Origin: an uncultured Spirochaetota bacterium | GTDB taxonomy: Bacteria > Spirochaetota > Spirochaetia > SZUA-6 > Fen-1364 | Direction: 5' to 3' | Assembly: GCA_963820525.1 (NCBI GenBank) | Contig: CAWGAA010000001.1 | Coordinates: 2,880,001 to 2,944,000 of the forward strand | Length of the DNA stretch: 64,000 nt | Shown: positions 48,243 to 57,193 of the stretch, piece after piece | How the letters are laid out: the number at the start of each line of letters is the position of its first letter | Position numbering within the stretch: the first letter of the stretch is position 1 | Made by a program: the position numbers and the translations under genes | Notes under the pieces: generated by a model | Told to the model about the DNA's origin: nothing | The model's input: the letters and a program-made list of their open reading frames with translations, nothing else | The model's database searches: none

Positions 48243-49169
48243 ATGTCATCGAGAAGCTCTCTTGCCATCGCCCCGGCCATCGCCATCACGGTGCTTTTCT
48301 GGGGCTCGGCGTTCGCCGCCATTCGCGCCGGGCTTCAGTCGTTCTCCCCCACGCACCTCGCGCTCCTTCGTTTCCTGTCAGCCTCTCTCGCTTTAGTGAT
48401 CTTCGCCGTGGTCACGCGCATGCGCCTTCCCGCATTGAAAGACCTGCCCGCGGTCTTCCTGCTGGGGCTCCTGGGCTTCGCCTTCTACAACATTGCGTTG
48501 AACATCGGAGAGCAGAGCGTCCAGGCGGGTCCGGCGGCGCTCCTCATCCAGACCGCGCCTATCTGGACGGCCCTTCTCGCTTCGATCTTTCTTGCCGAGC
48601 GGCTGAACGTGATGGGTTGGGGGGGAATCGGGCTCGGCTTTGCCGGCGCGCTTCTCATCGCCTTCGGCAAGGGGGAGAGTCTCGGACAGGGAATGGGAAG
48701 CGCGCCACTGTGGAGCGCGGCGCTGATCGTGGCAGCCGCCCTTTCCGCGAGCGCATACAGCATCATCCAGAAGCGCATGCTCTCCCGCTACCGTCCCGTG
48801 GAGATCACCACGTACGCGATCTGGGCGGCCACTCTGCTTCTCCTGCCGTTCTCTCCGGGACTGCCGGCCGCGCTCTCCTCGGCGCCTGCCGCGTCGACGA
48901 TCGCGGTGGTGTACCTCGGCGTTGGGCCGGCAGCCCTTGCCTACGCTACGTGGGCGGTCGTGCTCTCGAGACTCCCTGCTGGACGCGCAGCGAGCTTTCT
49001 CTACGCGGTCCCCATCATAGCTTTCCTCATCGGCTGGCTGTGGCTGGGCGAAGTGCCGACCCTCCGAGACCTTGTGGGGGGTAGTATTGCCCTTGGCGGG
49101 GTGGCCGTGGTCAATACGGTGGGTCGCGGTGCGGTACAGCGGGAAGGCGGCACAGCGGGCGGCAGGTAG
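48243..49169 (+). CDS. DMT/EamA family transporter
   Basis: LFWGSAF, RF, two EamA repeats, LGE. Confidence 0.9.
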   Translation: MSSRSSLAIAPAIAITVLFWGSAFAAIRAGLQSFSPTHLALLRFLSASLALVIFAVVTRMRLPALKDLPAVFLLGLLGFAFYNIALNIGEQSVQAGPAALLIQTAPIWTALLASIFLAERLNVMGWGGIGLGFAGALLIAFGKGESLGQGMGSAPLWSAALIVAAALSASAYSIIQKRMLSRYRPVEITTYAIWAATLLLLPFSPGLPAALSSAPAASTIAVVYLGVGPAALAYATWAVVLSRLPAGRAASFLYAVPIIAFLIGWLWLGEVPTLRDLVGGSIALGGVAVVNTVGRGAVQREGGTAGGR

Positions 49170-49188
49170 CGAGCCTGCCCGGCCGGGC

Positions 49189-50202
49189 TCAGGAAGGCTC
49201 GGCAAGCTTCCCGGATTCCCAGAGCTTCCTGAAAGCCGACACGACGCCGGGATCGAACTGGCTGCCTGCCGCGTTCGTGATTTCCTGCACGGCCCGATCC
49301 GGGCTCAACCTGTCGCGATACGGTCTTCCTCCCGTCATTGCCGTAAACGCGTCCACCACCGCGATGATCCTGCTGGCCAGGGGGATCCTCTCTCCCGCAA
49401 GGCCTTCGGGGTACCCGCCGCCGTTGAAGCGCTCGTGATGGGAGAATACCTGGGGGAGCACCCGCTCTAGAAACGGAATCCCCTTGAGCATTTCCCTTCC
49501 TTTCTCAGTATGCCGCTCGATCTCCTTGTGCTCGCTTGCCTCCAGCGGGCCCCTCTTCTCCAGAAGGGTGTCGGGCACGGCGAGCATCCCCAGATCGTGG
49601 AGCAGTGCGCCCAGCTCCAGGATCAGGAGCTCTTCCTCGGCCATTCCCATCTCTCGCCCTATGGCCTTGGCCAATGATGTTCCCCGAAGGTCGAAGCCCG
49701 TGGCCTGGGTTTCGCGCTTCTCCTGCGCCTGGACGACGAGGGTGATGGTGTCGATGAAGGCCCGATAGAGCTGGCGGTTTCGTTGCTTGAGGTGGGAGAT
49801 GAGCAGGGCGCCGGTCTCGCGCAGCCGGGAGCTCAGCTCCTTCAGTATCTGGTAGGCGAGAACGGGGGCCTTGTACAGGAGGGTCTCGAAATCGTTTCTG
49901 GAGATCTCCAGGACGATGGTCGGCTCGAGTGCGCGGGCCGTGGCGGATCGCCTTCCCTCGTCAAGGAGCGCCATTTCCCCGAAGAAGTCCCCGTCGCTCT
50001 GGACGGCCAGGACGAACTCCTCGCCGCCCTCGAACCTCTTCGTTATCTCTATCTTTCCCTTGTAGATGATGAAGAAACGCTCCGCCTCGGAGAACTCCTC
50101 GACGATCGCGGCCCCCTTCGGGTAGTGCTTCTCCGCGATGATCGGAGCGATCTGGCTGAGGTCGTAGTCGGACATGCTGGCGAAAAACGAGATCTCTCTC
50201 AA
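49189..50202 (-). CDS. Cyclic-nucleotide-binding + HD-GYP domain protein
   Basis: FFGEMALLD..RSATARA; LLHDLG, HHERFNGGGYP, RIIAVVDAF.AM..RPYR, QFDP. Confidence 0.88.
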   Translation of the reverse strand: MREISFFASMSDYDLSQIAPIIAEKHYPKGAAIVEEFSEAERFFIIYKGKIEITKRFEGGEEFVLAVQSDGDFFGEMALLDEGRRSATARALEPTIVLEISRNDFETLLYKAPVLAYQILKELSSRLRETGALLISHLKQRNRQLYRAFIDTITLVVQAQEKRETQATGFDLRGTSLAKAIGREMGMAEEELLILELGALLHDLGMLAVPDTLLEKRGPLEASEHKEIERHTEKGREMLKGIPFLERVLPQVFSHHERFNGGGYPEGLAGERIPLASRIIAVVDAFTAMTGGRPYRDRLSPDRAVQEITNAAGSQFDPGVVSAFRKLWESGKLAEPS

Positions 50203-50442
50203 TATCTCCTTGACCGGTTTAGCCGTGGCACGCGCTCCTTCCCAGAATTACCAAGGGGTAATCAATTATACGGCTGGAGAGGACGCAGGGCAACCCGGGC
50301 GTCGCGGGGGGAACATGCCCCGGCCGCCGGCAAAGCGGGCCCCGAAGCGGCTGCGCTCTCTGACGATACGATCCGTCGGGCTGCCCCAGCGCCTTGATTT
50401 TCCCGGCCTACTTCCTATCATTGCCTTCGCAGGCGCATTGCT

Positions 50443-51822
50443 ATGAGCACGTTTCTTATATTGGAGAAAGACCAGGAATCCAGCTCCGACATCTGCCAGT
50501 TTTTCGACAACATCGGCCATTCGATGCACCAGGCCGTCGACTACTCGGAGGCCGTGTCGCTGTTGGAAAGCCACTCCTATGACGTGGTGATAAGCAGCGC
50601 CACAATGTCCGGGGGGACGATTCACCAGCTCATCCGCGAGGTGAAGCGGAGGAACCCCGACGCCGAGATCGTGGTCCTCACCGACCTCACCTCCATCCAT
50701 GAAGGGATCGAGGCGGTGCGCGAGGGAGCCTTCGGCATCGTTCAGAAGCCTTTCAGCATCCCGGAGCTCAATTTCCAGATCAAAAGAGCCCTGGAGAAGC
50801 TCGGACAGAAGGGACAGGCTTCCGGCGCGGCGGAGCTTACCGAGGACGTCTACAGGCCCTACAACTTCATCGGGGAGAGCCTGGAGATCAAGAAGATCTT
50901 CAAGATCGTCAACCGCGTCGCCAAGACCGACTCCAGCGTCATCATCACGGGTGAGACGGGAACCGGCAAAGAGCTTGTCGCCGGCGCCATTCACTACAAC
51001 AGCACCCGCTCCGGCGGGCCGTTCGTGCGGGTCAACTGCGCGGCCCTGCCCGAGCAGCTCCTGGAGGCCGAGCTTTTCGGCCATGAGAAGGGGGCTTTCA
51101 CCGGCGCCGATCGAATCCGCGTGGGCCGCTTCGAGCACGCCAACGGCGGCAGTATCTTCCTGGACGAGATCGCGGACATGAGCCTTTTCACCCAGGCCAA
51201 AGTGCTGCGTGTCATCCAGGAGAAGGAGTTCGAGCGACTGGGCTCAAACCAGACCTTGAAAACGGATGTACGGATCATTTCAGCCACCAACCGCGACCTG
51301 ATGGAGCGGATGCAGCAGGGCTTGTTTCGAGAAGACCTCTACTACAGGCTGAACGTTGTCACCATTCGGCTGCCGCCGCTTCGGGAGCGGGACGGGGACC
51401 TGGGACTTCTGATCCAGTTCTTTCTCAAGAGGTCCGCGCTCAAAATGAACAAGAAGATCCGCGGCATCGAGCCCGGGGCCATGAAGATCCTATCCGAGTA
51501 CCACTGGCCGGGGAACATCCGGGAGCTCGAGAATACCATGGAGAGGGCCGTTCTGCTCGCCGAAGGCGACATGATCACGACGGAAGACCTCAACCTCTTC
51601 TTCGCTCATGAGGGTCAGAAGGATGACGCCGAGCGGATCCGTCTCCCCGCCGCCGGAATCAGGCTGGAGGATGCCGAACGCGACCTCATCGAGCAGGCGC
51701 TGGAGCGCAGCGGATGGGTCCAGAAGGAGGCCGCCCGCCTTCTTGGCGTATCCAGCCGTTCCCTGAACTACAAGATCAAGATCTTCGGCATCACGCATCC
51801 GAGCTGGAGGCAGAACAGGTAA
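50443..51822 (+). CDS. Sigma54-dependent Fis-family activator with atypical receiver
   Basis: GETGTGKE, GAFTGA, FLDEI, WPGNIREL, HTH ALE..GWVQKEAARLLG. Confidence 0.9.
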   Translation: MSTFLILEKDQESSSDICQFFDNIGHSMHQAVDYSEAVSLLESHSYDVVISSATMSGGTIHQLIREVKRRNPDAEIVVLTDLTSIHEGIEAVREGAFGIVQKPFSIPELNFQIKRALEKLGQKGQASGAAELTEDVYRPYNFIGESLEIKKIFKIVNRVAKTDSSVIITGETGTGKELVAGAIHYNSTRSGGPFVRVNCAALPEQLLEAELFGHEKGAFTGADRIRVGRFEHANGGSIFLDEIADMSLFTQAKVLRVIQEKEFERLGSNQTLKTDVRIISATNRDLMERMQQGLFREDLYYRLNVVTIRLPPLRERDGDLGLLIQFFLKRSALKMNKKIRGIEPGAMKILSEYHWPGNIRELENTMERAVLLAEGDMITTEDLNLFFAHEGQKDDAERIRLPAAGIRLEDAERDLIEQALERSGWVQKEAARLLGVSSRSLNYKIKIFGITHPSWRQNR

Positions 51823-51919
51823 GGGAAGGGCTCGCCCCGGCCGGCGGCTTTGGGCCGTCTCGCGGCGGATGACGGCATGGCTTGCCCCCCTCATTCCCGT
51901 CTGCTACAATCCCCCAACC

Positions 51920-52369
51920 ATGACCGAGTTCCGCCTCATTTTCAGGTTCCTCGACCGTGACTTCCTTTTCAAGCTCATATTCATATTCCTGCTCTATTCC
52001 CTTGTTCCTCTCGCCGAGATCTTCCTCTTCCTCTACCTCGGGGACCTCGTGGGCAATTACCTGATCCTGGCAATAGCCGCCGTGACGGGGCTCATCGGGG
52101 TGCTTATCGCACTCCGGCAGGTGCGGATTACCCTGAGCGGGCTGAAGGCGAAGATCAGGCAGGGAGAGTATCCGGGCAAGGAGTTCGTGGATCTGGCTGG
52201 AATACTTGTGGGAAGCATATTCCTCCTCACGCCGGGCTTCATCACCGATTTTCTGGGTTTTCTTCTGCTGGTCCCGCCGATTCGAGAGGGCATCGGAAAG
52301 CTGATCGCGCGCAAGATGGATGGGAAACTGAAGGAGATCTACGAGTACCTTCGGCTTTACGACCTTTAG
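51920..52369 (+). CDS. fxsA: FxsA family protein
   Basis: VPLAEI, LL.PGFITDFLGFLLLVP. Confidence 0.88.
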   Translation: MTEFRLIFRFLDRDFLFKLIFIFLLYSLVPLAEIFLFLYLGDLVGNYLILAIAAVTGLIGVLIALRQVRITLSGLKAKIRQGEYPGKEFVDLAGILVGSIFLLTPGFITDFLGFLLLVPPIREGIGKLIARKMDGKLKEIYEYLRLYDL

Positions 52370-52376
52370 AGGTCGA

Positions 52377-52483
52377 GCGGAGACGCGGCGGCAGCCGCGG
52401 ATACGCAGGACCAACCAGGCGGAGACGCGGCGGCAGCCGCGGATACGCAGGACCAACCAGGCGGAGACGCGGCGGCAGCCGCG
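52377..52483. repeat. 42-bp tandem repeat, about 2.5 copies, intergenic
   Basis: GCGGAGACGCGGCGGCAGCCGCGGATACGCAGGACCAACCAG at 52377 and 52419, plus a 23-bp partial copy at 52461. Confidence 0.92.
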
Positions 52484-52498
52484 CAACCCCCGGGCGCG

Positions 52499-53251
52499 CT
52501 ACAATCCGAAGATCTTATAGATGAACAGAAGGAAGAAGTAGCGAAGGTAGCGGAAGCCGCTTAAAAGCCGCCACGGCCTGCGCCAGATTCCCGTCAGCCC
52601 TCCAAGCCCTATGGCGTGGAGCTTCCGCGAGGTCTGCCGCTCGCGGCCGGAAAAGATCTCGAAGCAGTTGCCCACCCACAGCGAGACGCCGGGATTGAAG
52701 TCCTTCTTGTGGCGGAGGATCCACTTCTCCTTGCCCGCCACTCCCTTGCCGACCAGAAGGAGGTTGGGCGAAGACTTCTTGATGGCCGTCACGATGTTGC
52801 CCTCGATTTCGCGGGGGAAGTAGCCGTAGAACCTGCCGACGACCCGAAGCCCGTGAAACGAGCCCATGAGGTTCTCTTCCGCGACCTCGAGGATATCCTT
52901 GCGGGAGCCCAGAAGGTATACGGAGCCCTTGATCCTCTCTATCAGGCTGAGCAGGCGGATGACGAACTCGAAGGGATTGAAGAGGCTGGGCCTTCCGGTC
53001 TTGAGGAAGCGCGCCCCGCTCGCCACCGCGAGCGAAACGGGGAGCACGAGCGCCGCTTCTCTCAGGCAACGGGCGAGCTCCGCGTCGCGGCGCGCCCGGA
53101 GCAGCCCATGGACGGAAAGAAAAAAGATCTGGTTGTGCTGGCCGTTTTCCATCAGCCCCTCGATAGCCTTGATGGCCATTTCGGGGTCCACCAGATCCAC
53201 GGGAACGCCCAGGACCTTGATCCTCTTCACCTTTGTTGCGACAGCGTCCAC
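52499..53251 (-). CDS. WecB/TagA/CpsF glycosyltransferase-family protein
   Basis: VLGVPVD, VYLLG, GYF, LLVG.G..EKWI, VG..F..SG. Confidence 0.8.
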   Translation of the reverse strand: MDAVATKVKRIKVLGVPVDLVDPEMAIKAIEGLMENGQHNQIFFLSVHGLLRARRDAELARCLREAALVLPVSLAVASGARFLKTGRPSLFNPFEFVIRLLSLIERIKGSVYLLGSRKDILEVAEENLMGSFHGLRVVGRFYGYFPREIEGNIVTAIKKSSPNLLLVGKGVAGKEKWILRHKKDFNPGVSLWVGNCFEIFSGRERQTSRKLHAIGLGGLTGIWRRPWRLLSGFRYLRYFFLLFIYKIFGL

Positions 53252-53910
53252 GTATCCCTCTCCCGCAGTAGAGTCTGCACGGCGGCGATCGCGAAGATGG
53301 CGGCCGTTTCCGTTCGAAGCACCGCGTCTCCCAGGAAAACGGGGATGAATCCCGAATCGTCCAGGAGCGCGGCCTCGGCTTTCGACAGGCCGCCCTCCGG
53401 ACCAATGAGCAGGCTTATCGTCGCCGATGGATCCACGCACGCGAGGGCGGAGTGGAGGAAGCCCTCGGAGGTTCTCTCCTGATGGAAGAACAGTCCCGCA
53501 TCGCGCTGCCCAGGCAGTTCCGCCGCCCGGGAGATCGGGCGCGGCTCTTCGATCGAGGGGAGCCGGGGATTTCCGCTCTGCTGGAGGGCCTCGCGAGCGA
53601 TGCGCCGCCAGCGCGCGAGCCTGCCTGCGGGGTCTTCGGGAACCGCCACGCAGTGCTCGCTTGCAATGGGCACGATCGCGGCTGCGCCCGCTTCCACCGC
53701 CTGCCGCACAATGAGATCCATTTTTCTTCCCTTTGGCAAGCACTGAAGGAGTTGGATCCGCGGGAGGCCCGGCAAAGGATCGCGCTCGGACGGCACGAGA
53801 GCGACCCGGCACGATGCGCGGCCGACTCCTTCGATCTTCATTGAAAACTTCGTTCCGGCAGCCGTGACGGCGGGAATCGTATCGCCCTCTCGCTTTCGAA
53901 GCACCCGCAT
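53227..53910 (-). CDS. rsmE: 16S rRNA m3U1498 methyltransferase, apparently N-terminally clipped
   Basis: HYL.RVLR, K..KMDLIVRQAVE.G, EA.QQS, IGPEGG, LG..VLRTETA. Confidence 0.88.
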   Translation of the reverse strand: MRVLRKREGDTIPAVTAAGTKFSMKIEGVGRASCRVALVPSERDPLPGLPRIQLLQCLPKGRKMDLIVRQAVEAGAAAIVPIASEHCVAVPEDPAGRLARWRRIAREALQQSGNPRLPSIEEPRPISRAAELPGQRDAGLFFHQERTSEGFLHSALACVDPSATISLLIGPEGGLSKAEAALLDDSGFIPVFLGDAVLRTETAAIFAIAAVQTLLRERDTWTLSQQR

Positions 53911-53940
53911 AAGGTAGTGGAAGCCTTCGCCGGAGGCGGC

Positions 53941-55347
53941 TTATTTCACGGTGATCTCCCCCGCACGCAGCGCCTTTACGGCCGCCTGGAGCACGATGTC
54001 GAAGTCGAGATCGTAGATCGGCGGATTGTTGTTGGTGCGGTTGGCTTCCTGGCGCACAAGGCGGCGCAGGTAGCGGTCGTCGAGGTTGATCCCCTTCTTG
54101 TGGAGGTCCGCGATGAAGAGCTGCACCTGGGAGTCCGTGGGCTGGGGGTTCGCCTTCACATAATCCGCGATGTACTTGCCGTTCAGGAGGTCCGTGAGGC
54201 TCTTCTCCTGCTCCGGGGTGAGCTTCGGCTCTTCGATGACGCGGTTGGGCGTTATCCCCTTCTTGTCGATATACTCCCCCGACGGCGTGTAGTAACGGGC
54301 GATCGTGAACTTATATTCGCCTCCCGTGTCCGCCACCCGGTGCACCTCCTGGATGGAGCCTTTCCCGTAGGTTGTGGATCCGAAGAGAACGGCTCTTCCG
54401 GTATCCTTGAGGGCCCCCGCCAGGATCTCGGAGGATGAAGCGGTTCCCTTGTCCACGAGCACGGCGATCGGGATTTTTTTATCCAGGATCACGTTTTTCG
54501 GGTCCGCGTAGTATGCGCGGTTCTCCGCGTCGCTTCGATCCGAGTGCGCCCCTACGATGAGCCCGCCGGGGATGAAGAAGTTCACGATCTCCATGCCGGC
54601 CTGAAGCGTGCCGCCGGGGTTCTCGCGCTCGTCGATGATGAGGGAGGAGAAGCCGCGGCTCGCGAAGTATTCAATTGCGTCCCGGACCCGATCCGGCGAA
54701 AGGGAGGTGAACTGGATGAGGCGCAGGTAGCCGATGTCGCTGCCGATCATGGCCCGTCTGACTGCGGGGACTTCGATCTGCTGGCGCTTGACCTTCGCCT
54801 CGAAGACCACCGACTCGCCCCGAAGCACCGTCAGGGTGACCTCGGAGCCCGTCTGGCCGCGGATCTTCTTCATGATGTCGTTGATCGAGTAGTCTGCCAT
54901 GGACTCCCCGTCCACCTTCGTGACGACATCGCCGGCGTTTATCCCCGCCCTGTAGGCGGGAGATCCCTCTATCGGGGAGACGACCTCGGCCCCCTTGTCA
55001 ACCTTGGAGATGACAAGACCGACGCCGCTGTACTTGCCCAGCGTCGTGTCGTCGAGCTGGCTCGTGTCTTCAGCCGGGAAATAGTCCGAATAGGGATCTT
55101 TCAAGGATTCCATCATGCCCTTGAGGGCCCCTTCCATCAGGGTCTTGGGCGTGGCTTTGTCCGCATCAACATAGTTATCGCGAACGATCCGGAATATGGA
55201 AGCAAAGCTGCCAAGGTACGCTTGAGTCTCGTCCTCGGGGCTTACCGCGAGCAGCCGGGGTGAAAAAGCGAACACGGCGAGCGCCGCGAGCAGGACGACC
55301 GTTATGGCAGCCCACACGATCCTTTCGCGATTACCTTTGTCGTTCAT
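53941..55347 (-). CDS. ctpA: Carboxyl-terminal processing protease (S41A)
   Basis: DPYS, PDZ domain, D.R.NPGG, ASSSEI, TYGKG. Confidence 0.9.
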   Translation of the reverse strand: MNDKGNRERIVWAAITVVLLAALAVFAFSPRLLAVSPEDETQAYLGSFASIFRIVRDNYVDADKATPKTLMEGALKGMMESLKDPYSDYFPAEDTSQLDDTTLGKYSGVGLVISKVDKGAEVVSPIEGSPAYRAGINAGDVVTKVDGESMADYSINDIMKKIRGQTGSEVTLTVLRGESVVFEAKVKRQQIEVPAVRRAMIGSDIGYLRLIQFTSLSPDRVRDAIEYFASRGFSSLIIDERENPGGTLQAGMEIVNFFIPGGLIVGAHSDRSDAENRAYYADPKNVILDKKIPIAVLVDKGTASSSEILAGALKDTGRAVLFGSTTYGKGSIQEVHRVADTGGEYKFTIARYYTPSGEYIDKKGITPNRVIEEPKLTPEQEKSLTDLLNGKYIADYVKANPQPTDSQVQLFIADLHKKGINLDDRYLRRLVRQEANRTNNNPPIYDLDFDIVLQAAVKALRAGEITVK

Positions 55348-55502
55348 TCGAATCTCCTAGCGGTTTCATTCTACTTTCCCATCATCGTTTGTCAACGTCA
55401 CGCCGGCTCGCCAGGGCCCTTCCGGCGGCTTGCTCCAACCGTTCATGGCAATGCGTCGGCTTGACTCCCTTTTCCCCCCGCCGCTACACTCGGAAGGCGC
55501 GC

Positions 55503-55922
55503 ATGAAAGCCCGAAGAATCTTCGTATTTGCAGGCTCCCTGTGGGATCTCGCCCGGTTTTTCCTCGTCATCGTCGTGCTGGCCGCGCTGTTCGACGCCGC
55601 CGGCGGCTGGAGAGCCCTGATCGTGCCGTGGCTTCTCATTGCGGCTTCCGCGGGCCTTCCCCTTTGCATCGGGGGCTTCATGATCGCCCTCTTTCCCCAG
55701 CGCTATGCCCGCCTGGTAGTGCTGCTCCGGCTGGCGAAGATCTTCAATCTTTTTTCCCTGCTCCTGCTTCTGTTTTCAGGCATCCTCCCCGCGACCGCGC
55801 ATCTGGCGATCCTCCGCTTCGGCAAGCTGGCCTTGACGCAGGCTGCGGTGCTTCCGGCGATGATATTCCTGGATTTGCTTTTTTTCGCATTCCTCATATC
55901 ATTCAGGGGGGACGGCGACTGA
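55503..55922 (+). CDS. Hypothetical membrane protein
   Basis: 4 TM; abuts the MinD-like gene. Confidence 0.6.
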   Translation: MKARRIFVFAGSLWDLARFFLVIVVLAALFDAAGGWRALIVPWLLIAASAGLPLCIGGFMIALFPQRYARLVVLLRLAKIFNLFSLLLLLFSGILPATAHLAILRFGKLALTQAAVLPAMIFLDLLFFAFLISFRGDGD

Positions 55923-55923
55923 A

Positions 55924-57063
55924 ATGGTGATCATACCGATCGGCAGCGGAAAAGGCGGGGTGGGCAAGTCGCTCCTGGCCGCCAACCTCTCCATCGCGCT
56001 GGCCGAAGCGGGCAAGCGCGTCGTTCTCGTGGACCTGGATCTCGGCGCGTCCAACCTGCACACGATGCTGGGAATGCGCACGGTGAGCCAGGGGATAGGC
56101 ACCTACCTCAGCGCCCCCAACGCGAGCTTCTCCGACATCGTCCTTGCCACCGAGTACGAGGGGCTCTCCTTCATTCCCGGGGACACCGAGATCCCGGGAA
56201 TCGCCAATCTCAAGTCTCCCCAGAAGAGGAAGCTGGTGAGGAACCTCACCTCCCTCGACGCCGATTTCCTCGTCCTGGACCTCGGCGGAGGAACCAGCGC
56301 CAACACGCTCGACTTCTTCCTCCTTTCCCGGTCCGGGATCGTCATCACGACGCCCACCCTCACCGCCATCCTCAACGCGTACCTGTTCCTCAAGAACGCC
56401 ATATTCCGAATCATGTACTCCACCTTCCAGAAGGAGTCGCGCGCCTACCGGTACCTGGAGGAGCTGCGGAGGGAAGGAAGCGTTTTGCAGAAGGTCTATA
56501 TCCCCAAGATCCTCTCGCGCATCCGCAAGGAAGACCCGGAAAGCCATGCAAAGTTCACCGAGCTTGCCGGACACTTCAGGCCGCGCCTCGTTCTCAACAT
56601 GCTCGACGATCCGCGTGACGCGGAGAAGGCGGGCAAGCTCCGCCGCTCCACCCGCGAGTACCTCGACGTGGAGCTGGAGCACCTCGGGATCATCTACAGG
56701 GACGAGCTTCAGGACACGGCGCTCGGTTCCCGGCTTCCCATCATCCGCTACAAGCCTTCATCGGTGCTTTCCCAGGCAATCTACCGGATCGCGGAGAAAG
56801 TGCTCACCCTCCAGGACACGGAGACCCTGATGGACATCGAAGACATCGATGACACCTTCCAGGCCGCGGAGGTTGAGGCGGAGTCCGATTTCCAGACCAA
56901 GAGGCACAACCTTGAAGAGCTTCTCCAGTCCGGCGCCCTCAGCACGGGAGACCTCATCGAGACCATCCGGACGCAGAGCTTCGAGATCCAGACCCTGCGA
57001 CGGGAGAACCAGCTCCTAAAGACAAAGCTGGTGAAAGCGGTGGAGGACGGATTCACGGTCTGA
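55924..57063 (+). CDS. MinD/FlhG/ParA-family ATPase with C-terminal coiled coil
   Basis: GSGKGGVGKS, VDLDLG.SNLH, LDLG. Confidence 0.88.
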   Translation: MVIIPIGSGKGGVGKSLLAANLSIALAEAGKRVVLVDLDLGASNLHTMLGMRTVSQGIGTYLSAPNASFSDIVLATEYEGLSFIPGDTEIPGIANLKSPQKRKLVRNLTSLDADFLVLDLGGGTSANTLDFFLLSRSGIVITTPTLTAILNAYLFLKNAIFRIMYSTFQKESRAYRYLEELRREGSVLQKVYIPKILSRIRKEDPESHAKFTELAGHFRPRLVLNMLDDPRDAEKAGKLRRSTREYLDVELEHLGIIYRDELQDTALGSRLPIIRYKPSSVLSQAIYRIAEKVLTLQDTETLMDIEDIDDTFQAAEVEAESDFQTKRHNLEELLQSGALSTGDLIETIRTQSFEIQTLRRENQLLKTKLVKAVEDGFTV

Positions 57064-57193
57064 AGCGGATGATCGCGCGCTCCGCTGCCTTCGCTTCCCG
57101 GCGTCGTTTTCGCTCTCTTGCAGGATGCACCCCCCTTCTTTATGCTATATCTATGGACGGCGGCCGGTGAACGGCCCTTTGTGATTTCATTCT

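Noticed and set aside
50220..50245. Sigma54 promoter at TGGCACG (50226)
   Set aside because: No TTGC at the -12 position; no convincing -24/-12 promoter in the intergenic regions inspected
52377..52483. Possible mini-CRISPR array
   Set aside because: The units are identical head-to-tail with no unique spacers, and there are no cas genes in the window
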